NCBI GenBank assembly: GCA_031459385.1
Contig: JAVKIP010000001.1
Location: forward strand, 192,001-256,000
Source: Candidatus Fervidifonticultor secundus
GTDB lineage: Bacteria; Sysuimicrobiota; Sysuimicrobiia; Sysuimicrobiales; Humicultoraceae
Direction: 5' to 3'
Length of the DNA stretch: 64,000 nt
Position numbers and translations under genes: made by a program. Shown in pieces: positions 62,316 through 64,000 of the stretch. Positions within the stretch are counted from its first letter, which is position 1; the number at the start of each line of letters is the position of its first letter. A model generated the notes under the pieces. It ran no database searches and had not been told where the DNA came from. It saw only the letters and a program-made list of their open reading frames with translations.

Positions 62316-63095
62316 ATGCCGTCCGCCCTCATCGTGCTCGGGTCCAGCGGCGCCGTGGTGGCGGCGCATCGGGACAACACCGCGCTGGCCTGTCGGCTGG
62401 ACGACGCGGTCGTGCTGGTGGACTGCCCGGGCAGCCCGGCCGTGAAGCTGCGCCGGGCGGGGGTCGATCCCCGGCGGGTGGTCGGGGTGGTGATCACGCA
62501 CACACACCCCGACCACGTCTACGGGCTGCCGTCGCTCGTCCACAACCTGAAGCTGCTGGGGCGCACCGCGCCCCTGCCGGTCTTCGCCCTTCCCGAAGAC
62601 GTCGACCGGCTGCACCGGCTGCTGGCCGTGTGGGGGGCGGACACGCACCCGCCGTTTGTGACGCTGCAGGCCATGCCAGCCGACGGTGTGGCGCCGTTCT
62701 GGGAGCACGCCGGGCACCGGTTCTACGCGCGGCCGGCGGACCACAGCGCGCCGGTGTGCGCCGTGCGCTGGGATCTGCGCACCGGGGCCCGGGTGGTCTA
62801 CTCCAGCGACACGCGACCGGTGGCGGCGCTGGCGCAGTTCGGCCGCGATGCCACAATCATGGTGCACGAGGCCACGTACCTGGACGCGGATGCGGCGGAG
62901 GCCCACCGGCTCGGGCACTCGACGGCGGCCGATGCGGGACGCATCGCTGCGCAGGCCGGCGCCGCGCGGCTGCTGCTCGTGCACCTGGTGGCCGAGGCCG
63001 ACCCCGCGCGATGGGTCGCCGAGGCCCAGGCGCTGTTCCCTGGACCCGTGGAGGTGCCCGACGACGGCGCCATCTATCTCCTCGACGGCGCCTGA
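62316..63095 (+). CDS. MBL-fold metallo-hydrolase (RNase Z/ElaC-like)
   Basis: LGSSG, VDC, THTHPDH, YSSDT, HEATY, GHST, LVH. Confidence 0.85.
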   Translation: MPSALIVLGSSGAVVAAHRDNTALACRLDDAVVLVDCPGSPAVKLRRAGVDPRRVVGVVITHTHPDHVYGLPSLVHNLKLLGRTAPLPVFALPEDVDRLHRLLAVWGADTHPPFVTLQAMPADGVAPFWEHAGHRFYARPADHSAPVCAVRWDLRTGARVVYSSDTRPVAALAQFGRDATIMVHEATYLDADAAEAHRLGHSTAADAGRIAAQAGAARLLLVHLVAEADPARWVAEAQALFPGPVEVPDDGAIYLLDGA

Positions 63096-63170
63096 CAGGA
63101 CCGCGGCCGGGCCGTCGCGAACGGCGAGGGGGCGGGCATGGCACGACAGGTTCTGCCCGCGAGGTGTGTC

Positions 63171-63995
63171 ATGCGCGTAGGACTGGCACAGTACGGCGCG
63201 ACACCCGACAAGGCCGCCAACCTGGCCCGCGCCCTGGAGGTGATCGCCGAGGCCGGGCGGCGCGGCGTCGACCTGCTGATCTTCCCCGAGGTCTTCATGG
63301 TCCGGTGGGAAGACGGCGCCGGGCCCCTGGCCGGGATGGCCGAGCCGCTCGACGGGCCGTTCGTGCGCGCCCTCGGTGCGGCCGCGGCCGAGCGCCGGCT
63401 GCACCTGGTCGTGGGCCTGGCCGAGCGCGCCCCCGGCGAGGCGGTGCGGGCCTACAACACCGCGGTGCTGATCGGCCCGGACGGCGCCGTGCTCGCCGCC
63501 TACCGGAAGGTGCACCTGTTCGACGCCTTCGGATACCGTGAGTCCGACCGCATCGTCCCCGGCAGCGCCCCGCCGCCCGTGGTGGCGACGGCGCTGGGAC
63601 GGATCGGGCTGGAGGTCTGCTATGACGTGCGCTTCCCGGAGTGGACGCGCCTGCTGGCCCTGGCCGGCGCCGAGGTCGTGGCCATGCCGGCGTCGTGGGT
63701 CGCCGGGCACATGAAGGAGGACCACTGGATCACCCTGGTGCGGGCCAGGGCGCTGGAGAACACCGTGTGGATCGCCGCGGCCGATCAGGTGCGCGCCGAC
63801 CGGCCGGGCCGGTCGCTCGTCGTCGATCCCATGGGCGTCGTCGTGGCCGACGGCGGCGAGGAACCCGGGCTCGTGGTGGCGGAGATCGACCTCGACCGCA
63901 CGCGCCGCGTGCGCGAGAAGCTGCCCGTCCTCGGCCACCGGCGGCCCGAGCTCTACGGGGCGCTGGCCACGGCCGCGCACGCCAGGATGGGGTAA
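63171..63995 (+). CDS. Carbon-nitrogen hydrolase (nitrilase superfamily, Nit1-like amidase)
   Basis: Catalytic triad FPE, YRKVHLFD, VCYD; RALEN, VVDPMG, RRPELY. Confidence 0.9.
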   Translation: MRVGLAQYGATPDKAANLARALEVIAEAGRRGVDLLIFPEVFMVRWEDGAGPLAGMAEPLDGPFVRALGAAAAERRLHLVVGLAERAPGEAVRAYNTAVLIGPDGAVLAAYRKVHLFDAFGYRESDRIVPGSAPPPVVATALGRIGLEVCYDVRFPEWTRLLALAGAEVVAMPASWVAGHMKEDHWITLVRARALENTVWIAAADQVRADRPGRSLVVDPMGVVVADGGEEPGLVVAEIDLDRTRRVREKLPVLGHRRPELYGALATAAHARMG

Positions 63996-64000
63996 CGTGA

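Noticed and set aside
62208..63095. PqqA/PqqB-like RiPP pair (small ORF plus MBL-fold gene)
   Set aside because: The peptide lacks ExxxY, the MBL protein has RNase Z-type motifs, and no radical SAM or PqqD genes are present

Overview
Very GC-rich bacterial DNA almost entirely devoted to nutrient uptake and catabolism. There are about 60 CDS, and I found no rRNA, tRNA or CRISPR array. Transport genes: one PotABCD-like ABC importer, four family-5 (Opp/Dpp-like) SBP+permease cassettes that all lack ATPase genes, a TctABC tripartite transporter, a complete Liv-type ABC importer, an orphan LivM, an MFS pump and a LysE exporter. These are interleaved with many amide/peptide hydrolases (two cyclic amidohydrolases, four M19 dipeptidase-like proteins, M14, M20, formamidase, nitrilase family) and oxidoreductases. 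The best candidate for an uncharacterised system is an IclR-associated cluster at about 43.0-54.3 kb: a LeuC/LeuD-type hydratase with atypical active-site motifs, an ICL/PEP-mutase-family lyase, the Liv importer, a flavoprotein, an MmgE/PrpD relic and a cyclic amidohydrolase, with the same candidate operator in front of both transcription units. Also notable: three of the four M19 proteins lack the alpha-metal ligands, ThrC paralogs occur twice at the front of peptide-ABC cassettes, there are several deletion-scar pseudogenes, and there is a degenerate IS481 with an 8-bp target duplication. All functions are motif-based calls by eye; no database searches were run.
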